Source: Selaginella moellendorffii (Eukaryota; Plantae; Lycopodiophyta). Taken from it: a stretch of DNA of 64,000 nt. Of this stretch, positions 12,788 through 26,111 are shown in pieces. The stretch spans positions 1,371,498-1,435,497 of the forward strand of contig NW_003314292.1 of assembly GCF_000143415.4 (NCBI RefSeq), in the 5' to 3' direction. Position numbers and translations under genes: made by a program. The notes below the pieces were generated by a model that searched no databases, was not told the DNA's origin, and saw only the letters and a list, made by a program, of their open reading frames with translations. Position 1 is the first letter of the stretch; every line of letters begins with the position of its first letter.

Positions 12788-13103
12788 TTGTCATGCAATT
12801 TTGGTCATCCATAATCTTGCCTACATAATAGTTCTCTCTCTTCAATATTATGAATCCCTAAATTGCCAAAACCTCTAGGAAAAGTAAAAGCTTACAAAAA
12901 AATGCAATTAGAGAGGGTGGTGGTGGTAAGTTAAATCTTTTGCACTTCAAGCTCCTACCACCTCTCTAATTGCATTTCTTGTAAGCTTCTACTTTCCTAG
13001 AGGTTCTAGCAATTTAAGGATTCATAATATTGAAGAGAGAGAACAATTATGTAAACAAGATTCCCTAGTCACCCTTGCATGGACAACCAAAATCACATGA
13101 CAA
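12788..13103. repeat. Long imperfect inverted repeat (foldback), arms ~135-145 bp, loop ~35 bp
   Basis: ttgtcatg..ttctctctcttcaatattatgaatcc..cttac..tgcaattagagagg is the reverse complement of cctctctaattgca..gtaag..ggattcataatattgaagagagagaac..catgacaa. Confidence 0.9.
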
Positions 13104-14082
13104 GTTTTTTCTTTTCCTGTTTCTCGGGAAAATGTAAAAGTCAATGTCTTCTTAGGAGCATTTAAAAATAAGGTTGATGAGATACACCTAGAAACTATAA
13201 GGAGAAGATGATAACAAATTGGAGTGGAAATATATGCAAATGTATTTTATATTTAATTTAGAAGATATAATGGCAAGGACACCAAGAGAAGGTTTGGTGA
13301 AGAGGACAGCAACAGGTCGGAAGAGAAAATCTCTGATAACCTCTAGCACCTCCTAAGCAAGTCAACATGGCTCTGAGCTTTTACTTTTCCAATGCTCAAC
13401 AGCAGAAGCAAGCCTCTCAGGTGGTGGAGAGAAGACGAAGAACCTCCCAAAGTCAGCCTTCTTCGGACCTGTCTTCTCGAGAGCGCATGGAACCTGTGAC
13501 GTTAACTTGTTCCACGAAAAAGTCCCTTGTCACGCTTAGAACCACGAGGAGTTGCAATAGCGCTCGAGAAGAGGAAGTAAAACCAAGAGCTACTCGTGGA
13601 AGATCTTGAGTGGGACGTTTATTCGATCGTGATTCCAGTCTAGTGGCAGTAGCAGAAATGGAAACAGGAAACATTTAGGGGCAGGCAAACCATTCGAGGG
13701 GTCAGCCACGTCGACTAACTGTTGGGGATTACAGGACGAGCCGCCTGGCCAAGCTGATCGACGCTGCATGTCTGTGCTACTCAGACATGCTGACATGCAC
13801 GGCTCGATGAAATTGTCCACGCACATCTGGAGCTCTATGAGTCGGAAATCTGCGTTATCATACATCATTCAGAAAGCCGTTAGCGCGAGTTGTTTTTTCC
13901 AGATTGGAGAAAGAGAACTTGGAAAATACCAGGGAAGATTTCAGATGCGGTTATTCAATTTTGTCATTTTAGGACTATGTCTACCTTTCTAAGAGTGGGA
14001 AAGCTTACGAAACTAACCATAAATTTATTGGTTCAGCCTCTCATAAAAGACAATTTTCTAGCCTCTCATCTAGACAATTCGC

Positions 14083-14901
14083 TCAGATATGACAACTCTG
14101 AGGTTTTATGAAGCTCTTCAGATTTTTTGGTAAAGTATTCCCTGTAGCCTTGGCAAACTCCCTCAAAGCTTCAATGGTCTTCTCTTGGCGCACAGCAAGC
14201 CGCTCATCCATATCCATTTCTACCAACCTATCGGAGCGACCAAATAGCATTTCTAGTGGAGACTGCAACATGTAGAAATGAATCAGCATCCCCTGGACAA
14301 TTGCAGCAATCGATCCCACAAGTAAAAGGGCTTGTCTACGCCATCCCAGCAGTGGAGCAACGGTGCCCAAAACACAGGCAGCCATGTAACTCGTAATCTT
14401 CGTCAGGTACACCACTATGAACTTGAACACTCCGGGCCCGTCATACCATTTGTCAGGAAGTTGTATTACCGGAGTGAGAAGTCCACAGCATGATATCGCC
14501 AGCAGCAGAAGCATCACCCATTGATTTGTGCTCATTATGGAACACACACCACTGAGAAAACCGCTGGTGCCTCCAACAAGAAAACCATATGCATTACTTT
14601 TCTTTCGACCCAAAAGGCCATAGAAAAATACTGCATGGACGCACTTGTCAGTCTCGAGAGAGAAAACAGTGAAACACTTACATGATAAGAAGACGGGAAC
14701 CAAAGCAGAAGCTCCGCTTCCTTCAGGGAACTCAGGGGGCCAAAATATGGCACCCATATAGAACGCATATATAGTGAAGCAATGACAAACAAGATTTATC
14801 AAGAACTGGCGCCGTATAATCCAGTGCCCACTGAGGTTCCAACTCTCGTAGATATCAGCAAGATCATACTCACCATTTGGGCTCAACAATCCCTGCTCCA
14901 T
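14083..14901 (-). CDS. MEQGLLSPNGEYDL-family membrane protein, copy 2 (intron 14681-14631, 51 nt)
   Basis: Uninterrupted ORF; homologous GTAAGT..TGCAG intron. Confidence 0.8.
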   Translation of the reverse strand: MEQGLLSPNGEYDLADIYESWNLSGHWIIRRQFLINLVCHCFTIYAFYMGAIFWPPEFPEGSGASALVPVFLSCKCFTVFSLETDKCVHAVFFYGLLGRKKSNAYGFLVGGTSGFLSGVCSIMSTNQWVMLLLLAISCCGLLTPVIQLPDKWYDGPGVFKFIVVYLTKITSYMAACVLGTVAPLLGWRRQALLLVGSIAAIVQGMLIHFYMLQSPLEMLFGRSDRLVEMDMDERLAVRQEKTIEALREFAKATGNTLPKNLKSFIKPQSCHI

Positions 14902-15573
14902 AGGGTAACTTAGATTGTCCTTTCCCCAAATATATCCTTGACTGTATCTCATCCGACGGCTATTAGAAAAGGTCATAGCTGATGTGTGAGACCACCCATA
15001 TCAGCGCTAAACTGCAACGGGCAATTCGTGTCGGGCAAATGCAATCGAAATGCCAATCAATCTCCTGGAAATTTAGAGATTCATCCACAATGCCTGGAGG
15101 TGATCCCGCCTCGATTAAACCACTGAATGGCTACGCTTTCTTTCTCTAGATTGCAAAGTGTTTTCTTATATCCTCTTCCAGGGGTTCCTTGTTGCTCGCT
15201 CCATCCTCTGGTGTTCAAGGATCCTGCTTAAAATTCATGGTTGAGGCGCATAAAAGACGCTGGAATGAATCGATAAGTAAGGCGGCGAAGCATAGCTCTG
15301 CTGCTCTAGAATCCATGATCAAGAAGATCCTCGTCTTCTTTCGTAGCAGCACGGTCATGTGGAACTCGACATCGTGACGCAAACATTGTTCTTGTGGACC
15401 AGGGAATGTCGTCACTTCTTTGTTTGAGAATTCAAACAATACACTGGAGCCATATTTGAAGCAAATCTATCTCCAAAAACTCCATCTTTTCTGCGTATGC
15501 CCACAATGGGCATCTGGACTAGACTCTGATTTTGCTTGACGACAGCGGGATCAAGTGTCCAAAAGGAATAGTG

Positions 15574-15673
15574 NNNNNNNNNNNNNNNNNNNNNNNNNNN
15601 NNNNNNNNNNNNNNNNNNNNNNNNNNNNNNNNNNNNNNNNNNNNNNNNNNNNNNNNNNNNNNNNNNNNNNNNN
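15574..15673. other. Assembly gap (100 N)
   Basis: Run of Ns. Confidence 1.
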
Positions 15674-15959
15674 TAAAGGCATTTTGAAAATGTGGATGCC
15701 ATATAAGAAATTCGTGTCTTGAAAGATGGTATACTTGTAGCCCGATAAAGTGTTCTGTTCCATGACTGCGGAAGCCATGAAATTTCTGAAAAGATTTCCA
15801 ATCCTAGCCATTGTAGCAAACTCAATCGCTAGGAATATGGGACTGCCTTGTGTACTTGACCTGTGGGAGCATGGTGGACGCTTGCAGGAGATTCAAAAGC
15901 CCAGATATGATGCTCTAAGACACACAAACAATAAGGATGTGATGCTCTAGAAGTTTGGA

Positions 15960-18900
15960 TTGTGAAATTAATTTTATTACATTTATTGGATTAAAATTAC
16001 AATAAGATAAAAATGTATACACCATTTTATGACATTTATCGACTTATATAAGGGTAAAGAGCAAATAAGAGCTTTATAATATAGTTAATACGTAGTGCAA
16101 TTGATATATTATTATTTATTCCATGATATATTTATAAATTGTAATGAAAGTTAATCATTATACTTTAATTATATTGTAAAATAAATAAATAAAACAATCA
16201 AGCTAAAAATATTTTTGAGGCCATGTTTAAATTTATAGAGGAGCACATATACCTAGAATATGCTTGGATATTTTAGAATATTCTATTATCTAACTCTATA
16301 TTCATTTAGATTAATATTATATTTATAATTTATAATATTCTACTATCTAATGGTTTCTAGAGTTTTATATGAAATATTAGAGTTAGACTATGCACATGTT
16401 GGATTGCCCATCCAAGGATTGTTGGATTGCCTGGAGTGCCAAAAAATTGCAACAAAGGAGCAAGAAAAAGAATACAAAGTCACTGCATATGATCATTAAA
16501 ACAATATATGGCTTATCTTAATGTGTGATGAATACTCATCTGGATTCATTAATATCAACTTCTCTTCTAATTACAAATTGATCAATTACTATTAAGTATC
16601 ACTAAATTTTTATTACTGCTTGCACTAAATTATTTCCAAATCTAGGGAATCAACAATGAATCTTGCTCATGGCTCAATAGTGCTGTAGTCAAAGTACTAA
16701 GCTCCAGTCTAATGTATCTTTACTCTCTCGCCTAAAACATTATTTTGTGCTATTATTCTTATTAATTCATCTGAATTTCACATGAGTAAATGCTTAGCAT
16801 AATGCCTCAACCGAAGACTGCATAAAGAGCAATGTACAAGTTTCAATCACAATCATTTTCAACTCTATACAAATAGACTCTAGCACTAATTTCTTCTACA
16901 CCAATGTCTTTGAGACCGATGGGCTCTATAGTGCTATGAAGTGAATGAGATAGAGTGGCCATCTTGAGGTGATCCTATGGATGTGGAGGTGTTACTTAAA
17001 TATTCTACTACTTATACCAAGAATGTGGAGGTGTTGCCTAAATATTCTGTTACTTATGCAAGGAATTTTGTGAGGCACATCCTTTAACAACATTGGAACT
17101 CCTCACAAACCTAGTCTGAAGACATGTAGGAATGTCAAAGATCCTGATGCATTTCCCACATACTGGTTAATATGAAATATGTCTGCACTCAAAGTGTAAA
17201 GTAAAGTTCCAAGTTTATAAGCAACTGCAAGAACTAAGACTTCAAGGTTGCCAAGTAACGATACTAGTCTTACATCTTGCTAGCCAATGCAAAATTCATG
17301 CTACACAAGGAAAAGCATTTGCAAAAACTCTTACTAAGGATTGATTTGAGATGAACTGTCTAGAGTGAGACAATTTGCTCTATCTTTCCCATGGTAAATA
17401 AACATTTTTGGAGTTAAAGCATAATAAGGAGTTGATAGAGCCCAAGTTTGTAGAGAAATTCCTAAAGTTATTAGCATGACTCAACAAAGCTTCAATGGCT
17501 CTCATTTCTATTGACCCCATCTGGATCATATTAGTTCTTCTTCCCCTTTAGCTTTTCTTTTGCTTTCCTCTTTACTTAGCAAGATTATTTTGGCCAATAA
17601 ATTGGATGTGATTTTGATTCCACCACTTTTTGACAAACTCTCTATCTCCTTTTAAGATAGGTTTGATCCTCTAAATTTATGCTCCAATCAACAAAGATCA
17701 ATTCATAGTATTTTTTCAAATAAAATTTGGAAAATTGAATTACAATTCCAATACAAAAGGTTTTGCTAAAACTACTCAGTATCTAGAGCTTGAACAACCA
17801 AAATAAAAAGGCTTAGAGCTCAAACACTTGAGGTTAGGTCCTAGAACCCCAAATCATGCACTTAAGCACCCCCAATGCCTTGTTTCATTATAGTGTATGT
17901 GATTATAAAATGAGATTTAAATATATTATCACTGTGGAGGAGTTAATTTACAAAGCAATTAACATTAGCAGCATGTATACAAGAAGGAGGTTTGGTCCAT
18001 CCTTGCAGAGTTGCTTCCTCAAACTTAATGATATCCATGTCTCTCTATTAATTTTGCAAAGTGAAGTTAACAAAGAAAACTCCAAAATACTGCACCAAAT
18101 ATTTAACAATATCTATGTAAAACTCTTTGCATTACTCAACAAACCTTTATAATGTTTAGGTAGAATGTCATCACTTACAATAAACTTAAGAAGTTTAATT
18201 ATTTTTACACGTCTACAAGCTCAAACAAGTTGGAAAATGGACAGTCTAGAACCATCCCAACATGGATGAATTTACACAATATCCTATTAAATTAGTCTAA
18301 CTTATGAGCAAACCATGCTTGCAAACCTCAGCTCCTATTGAACGTCCTAACAAACTGATAAGGCTCCAAGCTAAAGAAATCAAGCGTAAAGAATGTTCAA
18401 TGGGAGCAAAATTATCAAAACTAAGCTCCACACCCACTACCAAAGCACAACAAAATATTTTCTAATACAGGACAAGATTTGTGTTGCATTGCAATACATG
18501 GCCATGATTGTTGGTAATCTACTCATAAAGAAGAGATAAGAACAATGCATTTTAGAACATAGTTAAAAAATGATAAAGACAAGAACAAATGAACTTGCCT
18601 TATATTGGTAACAGATGGATTCTAACAAGTGGATAAAAGGCTCTTAGTTGGGTTTTTCAAAAGGTTCATCCAAACTAAAGAGGTCTAATAAATACTTAAT
18701 TGATCAGCATGATGAAGTGTTATATATAGAGTCAATTTTTTTAGGAAAACCAAAGATTGAAGAATTAGCAACTCCTAAGAGTTAATCTTTGGAATAAGTG
18801 TGAAACTTACTAAATATAAAATGGTGTTAGATTGCGAATTAGGGTGCAAAAATAACATTATAGAGTTCATAACACTTTCTATATTCCATAGATATGCCTC

Positions 18901-21900
18901 TTGAGTGGATCTAGACACTTACCATAAATACCATATAAAACTAAAATGGGACTAACACATATAGCAAAGTGTTTGGCAAATAAAATAAGTTACAATATTG
19001 AGGGACTAGACTCAATATCATGGGGGTAAGCTAATGACATGAGTTTCTTAAACCAAATCGAGTATACTCAGCAAGAAACACATAAGGGTTTCTACTTTAT
19101 GTTTATCCAATTTAAGTACACATGCATTGACTAATTTCTCAACTAGCTCAAGTGAGAACTATAAAAAGAACCATCTGTACCAACCTCCTATTGTTATGGT
19201 AGTAAGGAGAGAGTGTTCATAATAGTTAGTTGACAAGTATCTTTTGATACTTAAAGTCATATTTGCAACAACATGGTTCTTAGACATTACTAAAAAGTGA
19301 TCATGTTACAACTACTTTATTGTTGAAGTGGAAGAACTTAATTGGTTATGCTATTTGGTGGGTTATATGATTTCAAGATTGTTCATTGTTCGGGGCATTC
19401 TATAGTTATGGAATTCTTGAGCTCTTTTTCCTTCCTCGCTCTTTTCTCATATTTTTCACGATCCTATTATTTTAGCATTTATGGATTTTCTAAACAAAGA
19501 TTCTATAGTGTTAGCAGTTATTGCACTTGATGTTTAGTGTTCATAAGATGCAGAACAAGATTTACCTTCTCTTGATAAGGTTTATGAAACTTAAAAGGTG
19601 AATTTGTAAATCTAAAGGCTTTGTGATGGGTTTGAAAATTTTACATCACTTGTTAATGACTTGTTATTTTGGCAGTTACATTTTCAAAATCACTTTAAAG
19701 AAGACCTTTATTTTATAGAGAAGGATTTTGATGATCATTTATGGCTGATGGTACCTTCAATCTTTATTCCACGCTCTCTCTATACCTATTATGATTCTCT
19801 TATTCTAAGCAGGTATATGAAACATTATCATATGATTGAGAAGTTGCAAAAGTCTTTCTATTAACTAAAGATACAATATGATGTTATCCAGTATGTGTAT
19901 AGTTATGTTTGGTACCAAGCTCATATAATACTCCCCCTCATGTTGTGAAAGGACAATTGGAGTCAATTGCACTTAAGGACTTTATGACTTTCAAATAACA
20001 CCTTTTTCCAATGTCTCTTTGATGTTTGCATGTAAAATTTTGATCTCTTTTCGTGATCAACGACGAATAGAAATCTTGATTGGACAAACATTCTCAGTTA
20101 GAATAAGATGATTCTTGGCCCTAAATAACAAGTCAAATTAGTGAACCACTACAACACAAAAACTGTCAAAGGGGTCTAAAGAGGGAATAGAGGAATAAAA
20201 CAAAAATATAGGAGGAAGTAATGGGGAAACAAAAATGATAGAAGCAAGGGTAGAAGCAAAGAAACAAAAAGGAACAAAAGTGAGAGGAATCAAAAAAATA
20301 TAAGGAAGTATGAAAAAAATAGGAGAAGTTTCAAAGTCACACGTAGCATGATTGCACTGCAACCAATCTATACCGAAGATGAAGTCAAAAGCTTGATTGG
20401 GCATCACTTGCAATGATTACAACTTAAACTCAAGATTGCCCACATGTATAAATAGGTCCGCTTCATCCTATGGACATAAGTGTGTATTACTATTGCAATA
20501 AAGAATGAAAACTAGCTCTACCGCACAATATAAATATAAATGGTAACGTGTGGTAACATGCTAAGTAATAGAAGATAAACTCAAGCCTATATTAACCTAC
20601 ACGGATAAAATAATAGAAGATATGTTGTTATAAAAATGAGTTTGGAAAGTAAACACTAAATGAACTAGTGTTGAGTAAACCCCTTGATGATACTCCCGAA
20701 AGAAAAATGAAAGGGTCATTGATTTATTTGTACAAATATGACTCATATGACTCTTCATTTCCTATAAGCATCTCAGTGTCAAGCCTTTCCATTGCAATAC
20801 CACCAATTAAACATTGTTAATACTAAGGCCTCCACCTAGGAAATGGAAGTTGCCAATTCGAAAAACATTGACAATACTAAAGTATGACTAACTTTATCAC
20901 ACACCCAACAGAGGACATTATGGCCATGATTATGTCCACGCTCTTATCCTTGAAATCAGGCAGTAACATCAACCTCAATTGGAATAGGACCATTTCTCAT
21001 AGGAAGTGGAGTTAAAAAATGTGCAATGAGAAGTGAAAGAAGCAATATATTATAATATTGTGCTAAGTAAAGAGTATTGTCAAAGGTGGTTGGAACAAGT
21101 ACATACATAAGTCCTATAAAATTTTGATAAAGTGTTGATCACAACATTTCTAATTTGATTTGCTTTAATATATTTGGCTCTGCAAGAAGCAAGAGGTTTT
21201 AGAAATGAATGCTAAATTAAATCACTGTTTTAGATAACCTTTGATAAAGATGATGTAATTGTTAAAAGGCATCATCATAATTATTAGCATGTCCAAATGT
21301 GCATTTAAAAACATATGGGAGAGTGCTTCAATCCACACAAGTGATTGTGCTTAAACCATTATACCATTGTAGCACCGTCCTTTGGAAATATATGGGAAAC
21401 TCATACAAACATTGAACATCATCCTAAAAATGATATGTGATAATCATTGTAAAGTGATCGAACTAATAGTACATATTAACCCTACGATTTCCATAAATTT
21501 TATTTAAATATAGATTAAAAATATATATATTTCATATGTAATTTTTTTTAATTATAGTAAAGTTTTTGAAATTTTTAAAATATCTCAAATATAATTCTAG
21601 ATATTTCTTTTATCAAATTATTTTTATTGTGACTCATGACTATAAAAGCTCTATCATTCAAGCTTTATTAAAATAAATAACTGTAGTTATTTTTAAAACA
21701 CTTTCACTAATATAAAATATGTGTTTAAGAAAATATCATATTTATTTTATAAAATGGCTTATCAAAATTGGCAATAGTGATAAAATATTAGAATAGTCAT
21801 ATCTCTCTTCAAATATAGCCAACTTTATATTTTTCTTTCCAAGGTATATATCAGTTAAATAACTTCATGTACAAATACTTCCAACCTTTTAATGAAGACA

Positions 21901-22300
21901 ATCTAATTTCATTTGATAAATGCTTCTATATAATTAACATAGTATACACTGAAATTCTCAAGTAAAATTTAATGTAATTTACCCTAGATAGCTGGTATGT
22001 TTTTTGTTTTGTGTTTTCTTTATTTTTGTGTTGATGAAATATTTTATTTACATTCATTTGTTTCACCATTTTTTATTGAGCTTGTAAAAGAGATAAAGAT
22101 GGATACCCTGGATAAAATTGAAATTGAAATTTATTTATTTATTTTGCAGGACATCTTACTTAATATACATAAATTCTTTATAGTTATTAGTGTTTAAATA
22201 TATTAATAGAATATTTGTTACAGAGATTTATTTTATTTATTTAATTTGATTTTTTCGAACACTAAGGCTAAAAGACAATTTTAAATAGCTAATAGCCGTA
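15960..22300. mobile_element. AT-rich block of heavily decayed LTR-retrotransposon remnants
   Basis: Minus-strand FDFIFGIDWLQCNHATCDF (20138-20413) resembles gypsy protease FDVILGMDWL. Minus-strand GVELSFDNFAP..SLRLISLA (~18370-18435) resembles copia RT GIDY.ETFAPV..IRLLLA. No long ORFs; CpG-poor. Confidence 0.55.
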
Positions 22301-22849
22301 ATTAGAAATAGAATCAATTTCATTTAGAGTTTCCCAGGTGGTTTGTCACGTGTCATGTTTTCCATCGTGGTGATAGTGAGGGAGAAATCATTGCTATAGC
22401 AGCTACTCTAGGCATTCGTACATGCCGCGCTTTATTTTGAATCCTCGTTGCCCTCATGGCCGTTGGATGGGAAGGCAACTAACGGTGAGATCTACTCGAA
22501 TCTTTGTTCAGATGACCGAATCTTCCACCACCCGGCGGTAGCACGTCACTCGCAGGTAGCCCACATTCCTATTGTTTTCCTTGGATTGGAGGTATTTTTT
22601 AGCCCACAGCCCTAAAGGAGGCCTCTAGCGTTGTTGCAAGGGACTCGTCAGAGTCGATCGATTCAAATGTTCTAGGTGCGCGAGGAATCCTTGGCGGCGT
22701 AGCGCCCCTGGGATCGTGTTTTCGTCCTCATCAGATCAGGTATTTTCGATTCTCGAGCTGTTCTTCACATTTTCCATGCGATTCCAGGCGACTCTTTTCC
22801 TCGATGACGCGATTCCAATGACGACGCCGCGGTATCGGAGAAGCTGGAG

Positions 22850-24458
22850 ATGATCGTCGGCTTCTTGATCGTGTTCTTGGCTAGCTCCTGCTCGGGTAGG
22901 CTCTGTTTTCCTCCCACTCGCCCTAAAAGCTGTGAAAAATCTTTCCGTGCTTTGGCAGCATTCGTGGGTGTGAACTACGGCACCGATGGCGACAATTTGC
23001 CCACTCCACAGCAAGTGGTGGATTTCCTGCAGCGGCAGCAAATCTCCCACGTCCGGATCTTTGACACCGACGCGGGGCTCCTCCAGGCATTCGCCGGATC
23101 CAACATCCAGGTGCTCGTCGGGATTCCAAACGAGGAGATCCTCAGCGTGGGAAAATCCAATGCCTCGGCGGTGGACTGGGTGAAGAAGAACGTCATGACT
23201 TATCTCCCAGGTACCAACATCACAGGGATTGTTGTGGGCAGCCAAGTTCTCACGGATTACTCCATTGCTGCTGCATCACTGGTTTCTACCATGAGGTACA
23301 TTCATGCTGCTCTCGTGGCCGCCAACCTCGACGACCAAGTGAAAGTCTCCACACCGCATGGAACTGCGGTCATCCAGAACTGGTTTCCTCCGTCGGCGGC
23401 GGTTTTCAATCAGAGCTACGCGGAGACTGTCATGAGGCCGATGCTCGACTTCCTGGCCGACTCGAGTTCCTACTTCATGCTCAACTTCTATCCTCTGGCG
23501 ATCTACGCGCAGAACCAGCAGACCATGTCCATCGACTTCGCCCTCTTCCGTCCCAACTCGGGACAGATCGACTCCAGCACCAATCTCCTCTACACGAACC
23601 TCTTTGAGACGGTCATTGATGGGGTGTACAGTGCTATGGCGGCTCTCAACTTCACAGGCATGCCGCTGGTGGTGAGTGAGACGGGGTGGCCATCGAGAGG
23701 TGATCCTGCGGAGGTGGCGGTCTCGCTCGACAATGCTGCGACCTATGCGAGTAACTTTGTGAGGCACATCCTCAACAACACTGGAACTCCTCGCAGACCC
23801 GGTCTCGCCATGAATGCCTATATGTACGAGCTCTTCAACGAGGACATGCGGCAAGGCGCGACGTCAGAGAAGAACTACGGGCTGTTTTATCCGGACCAGA
23901 CTCCAGTTTACACCGTCGACTTGACTGGGGCGAGCTTAGCGAGTGGCAATGGTACCAGAGTTCCATCCTGGTGTATTGCCAAGGAAGGCATGAGCACCAG
24001 CAGTTTACAAGCGGCACTGGACTACGCCTGTGGACAGGGTCGGGCCGATTGTAGCCAGCTTCAACCAGGACAGCAATGCTACTTCCCGGACACGGTTTTG
24101 GATCACGCAAGCTATGCCTTCAATAAGTACTACCAGAAGGCGATGATGGCACCAGAGAGCTGCGACTTCGCTGGAGTGGCCACAGTTACTTTCACGGATC
24201 CAAGTAAGTTAACCGCCTTCACAGTTTCTTGTTGTGTTAATTGTAATCTCTTTGCTTCCCAGGTCATGGACAGTGTCGATTTCCTACAATGTAAGTGTTG
24301 CATTTCGTTACATGGTTGTCTAATCTTTCGTTTGTGGTTCCAGTGTTCCACAGCAGAATACAACATCGCCCAATGTGACAAGAAGTTTTGGACAATCATT
24401 TAAGATTCCGCCGAGCACTGGACTCTTGTTTCTTTCGGTTGCTCTTTTCTGGAGCTAA
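22850..24458 (+). CDS. Glucan endo-1,3-beta-glucosidase (GH17 + X8/CBM43), probably GPI-anchored
   Basis: Signal peptide, VGVNYG, VSETGWPS, ELFNED, SEKNYGLF and X8 WCIAK..ALDYACG..DCS..CY. Introns at 22896-22958 and two near the 3' end give ..DPSHGQCRFPTIVPQQNTTS..LLFLSVALFWS*. Confidence 0.95.
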
Positions 24459-24814
24459 AACAATTTTGATGCATTACCTTCCTTTCGCTACACGATGTGA
24501 GTCCTTCCATTTTCCATGTTTCCAGAGCTCAAAACTAAACTAGCTACGTGCTTGCGCTTGTTTCTCTCAGCTCCTATTGATTCAAAGCAACTTCGAAGTC
24601 GAGGTGCTTTCGGAAGTCCTTGCGGACTCCTCCACGGTTGGAGCAATGTCGTACAGCTCGTAAATCGCTTCTCCCCGCAAAGCTTCTCGAGTTTTTCACC
24701 CGTATCGAACAGGCGCGAAAGAAATCCAGGTTGTGAATCGTGGATATTGTCTTTGGCTTTGACACGCGTAGTCAATGCCAGAGGTTTAGTTGATCAAAGT
24801 AAATTAGGGTCGAA

Positions 24815-25230
24815 ATGCAGCGTCTCCCGCCAGTGCCTCTGGTTGCCAGTCTTCCCAAGTTGCGCTTGAGCGCGACCAGGTCAGCCAGCAGCCGCGTGAT
24901 ATCGATGCAACCACTGCAAGCCAGCCGACCCAGATCGCTCTACATGCCATTCCCGGACGATGGCCGAGACCTGCTTATCAAGAGTGTGGCGGAGCAGTGT
25001 GGAATAGAAGCTGTCCACCAGGAAGACACCTTTGAGTCCTTGGGATGCGACGAACTAGATTTGGTACGCGTGTTTATCCCTCGCTTTCTCTTGTCAGGTG
25101 AAAATTCCTTGTTGCCCAGGTTGAGATCTCCATGGCTTTAGAGGATTGTGGATTTTGTCTGGAGGGAAATCCAATTCCATTGTTGGAGGAGACTGTAGGA
25201 GGCGCATGTCGTCGCATGAAGAGGCTGTAA
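24815..25230 (+). CDS. Acyl carrier protein-like protein with transit-peptide-like N-terminus and no conserved Ser (intron 25064-25119)
   Basis: Spliced product ..SVAEQCGIEAVHQEDTFESLGCDELDL|VEISMALEDCGFCLEGNPIPLLGETVGGACRRMKRL* aligns with ACP F.DLGADSLDTVEIVMALEE..TV..A. Confidence 0.75.
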
Positions 25231-25388
25231 CATTTGGTGCACTGGAAGAATCGAATTAATCCTAATCTCTTTGTTCTTTAAATCCTGTCACGTGTCATTG
25301 ACCGGTGCCACGCTGTTGTGCCACATGGACAAATTTGCCACGTGTTTAATGCGCAGTTGACTTGAATAGTTTAGGGTTCTTGAGAGGT

Positions 25389-25697
25389 ATGGCGAGTAGT
25401 AGGTCCGTGGTGGTGTACGAGAACGATGGCGGGGCGCTCTACAATTACGTAAACAGCTACCTCTCCTCTCTCACAGTCAATCCGGAGCAGCCGGCGCTCT
25501 TCAGGGCGAGCTTGATCGACGACAAGACGCCCCTCATCTTGGGGCTCCAGCCGGGCTTTCCCGTGCGTGACAAGTTCCAGGGCCTGGATTTCGAGTGGAG
25601 CGCGGGCGTGGCCACTGATGAATCGCGCTATGTCATGGCGGCGTTCCCGCCGCACTGCTCCAACGACGTGATCCAGGCCTACTTTTCTCAATACTAG
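25389..25697 (+). pseudogene. 5' fragment (AAA-associated domain) of BCS1-like ATPase
   Basis: VVVYENDGGALYNYVNSYLSS..LGLQPGFPVRDKFQG..FPPHCSNDVIQAYFS is homologous to the 5' ends of the 4.4 and 9.4 kb copies; ends abruptly. Confidence 0.75.
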
Positions 25698-26111
25698 AAA
25701 CCCTAGTTAACAACACAATATCAAGGTTAAAATATTTTTAGCTGGACTTTTAAACAAAGAAGTGACGACATGCCCTGGTGGACATGTCCACAAGAACAAT
25801 GTTTGCGTCACGATGTCACCGTGCTGCTACAAAACAGGTTTCATGCTTCTTGATCATGGATTCTAGAGCAGCATAGCTATGCTTCGCTGCCTTACTTATC
25901 AATTCATTCCAGTGTCTTTTATGCGCCTCAACCATGAATTTTAAGCAGAATCCTTAAACACGAGGATGGAGCGCATTTGCCTGACACGAATTGCCAGTTC
26001 TATTGAATTGCAGTTTAGGGCTGATATGGGTGGTCTAATGACCTTTTCTAATAGCCGTCGGATGAGATACAGTCGAGGATATATTTGGCGAAGGACAATC
26101 TAAGTTACCCT

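Noticed and set aside
14083-14901. Bax-inhibitor-1/TMBIM-like assignment for the MEQGLL family
   Set aside because: Only generic Gly-rich transmembrane similarity; it needs an HMM or structure search.
15420-15950. Possible coding fragment spanning the N gap
   Set aside because: It contains stops, is interrupted by the gap and has no identifiable homology.
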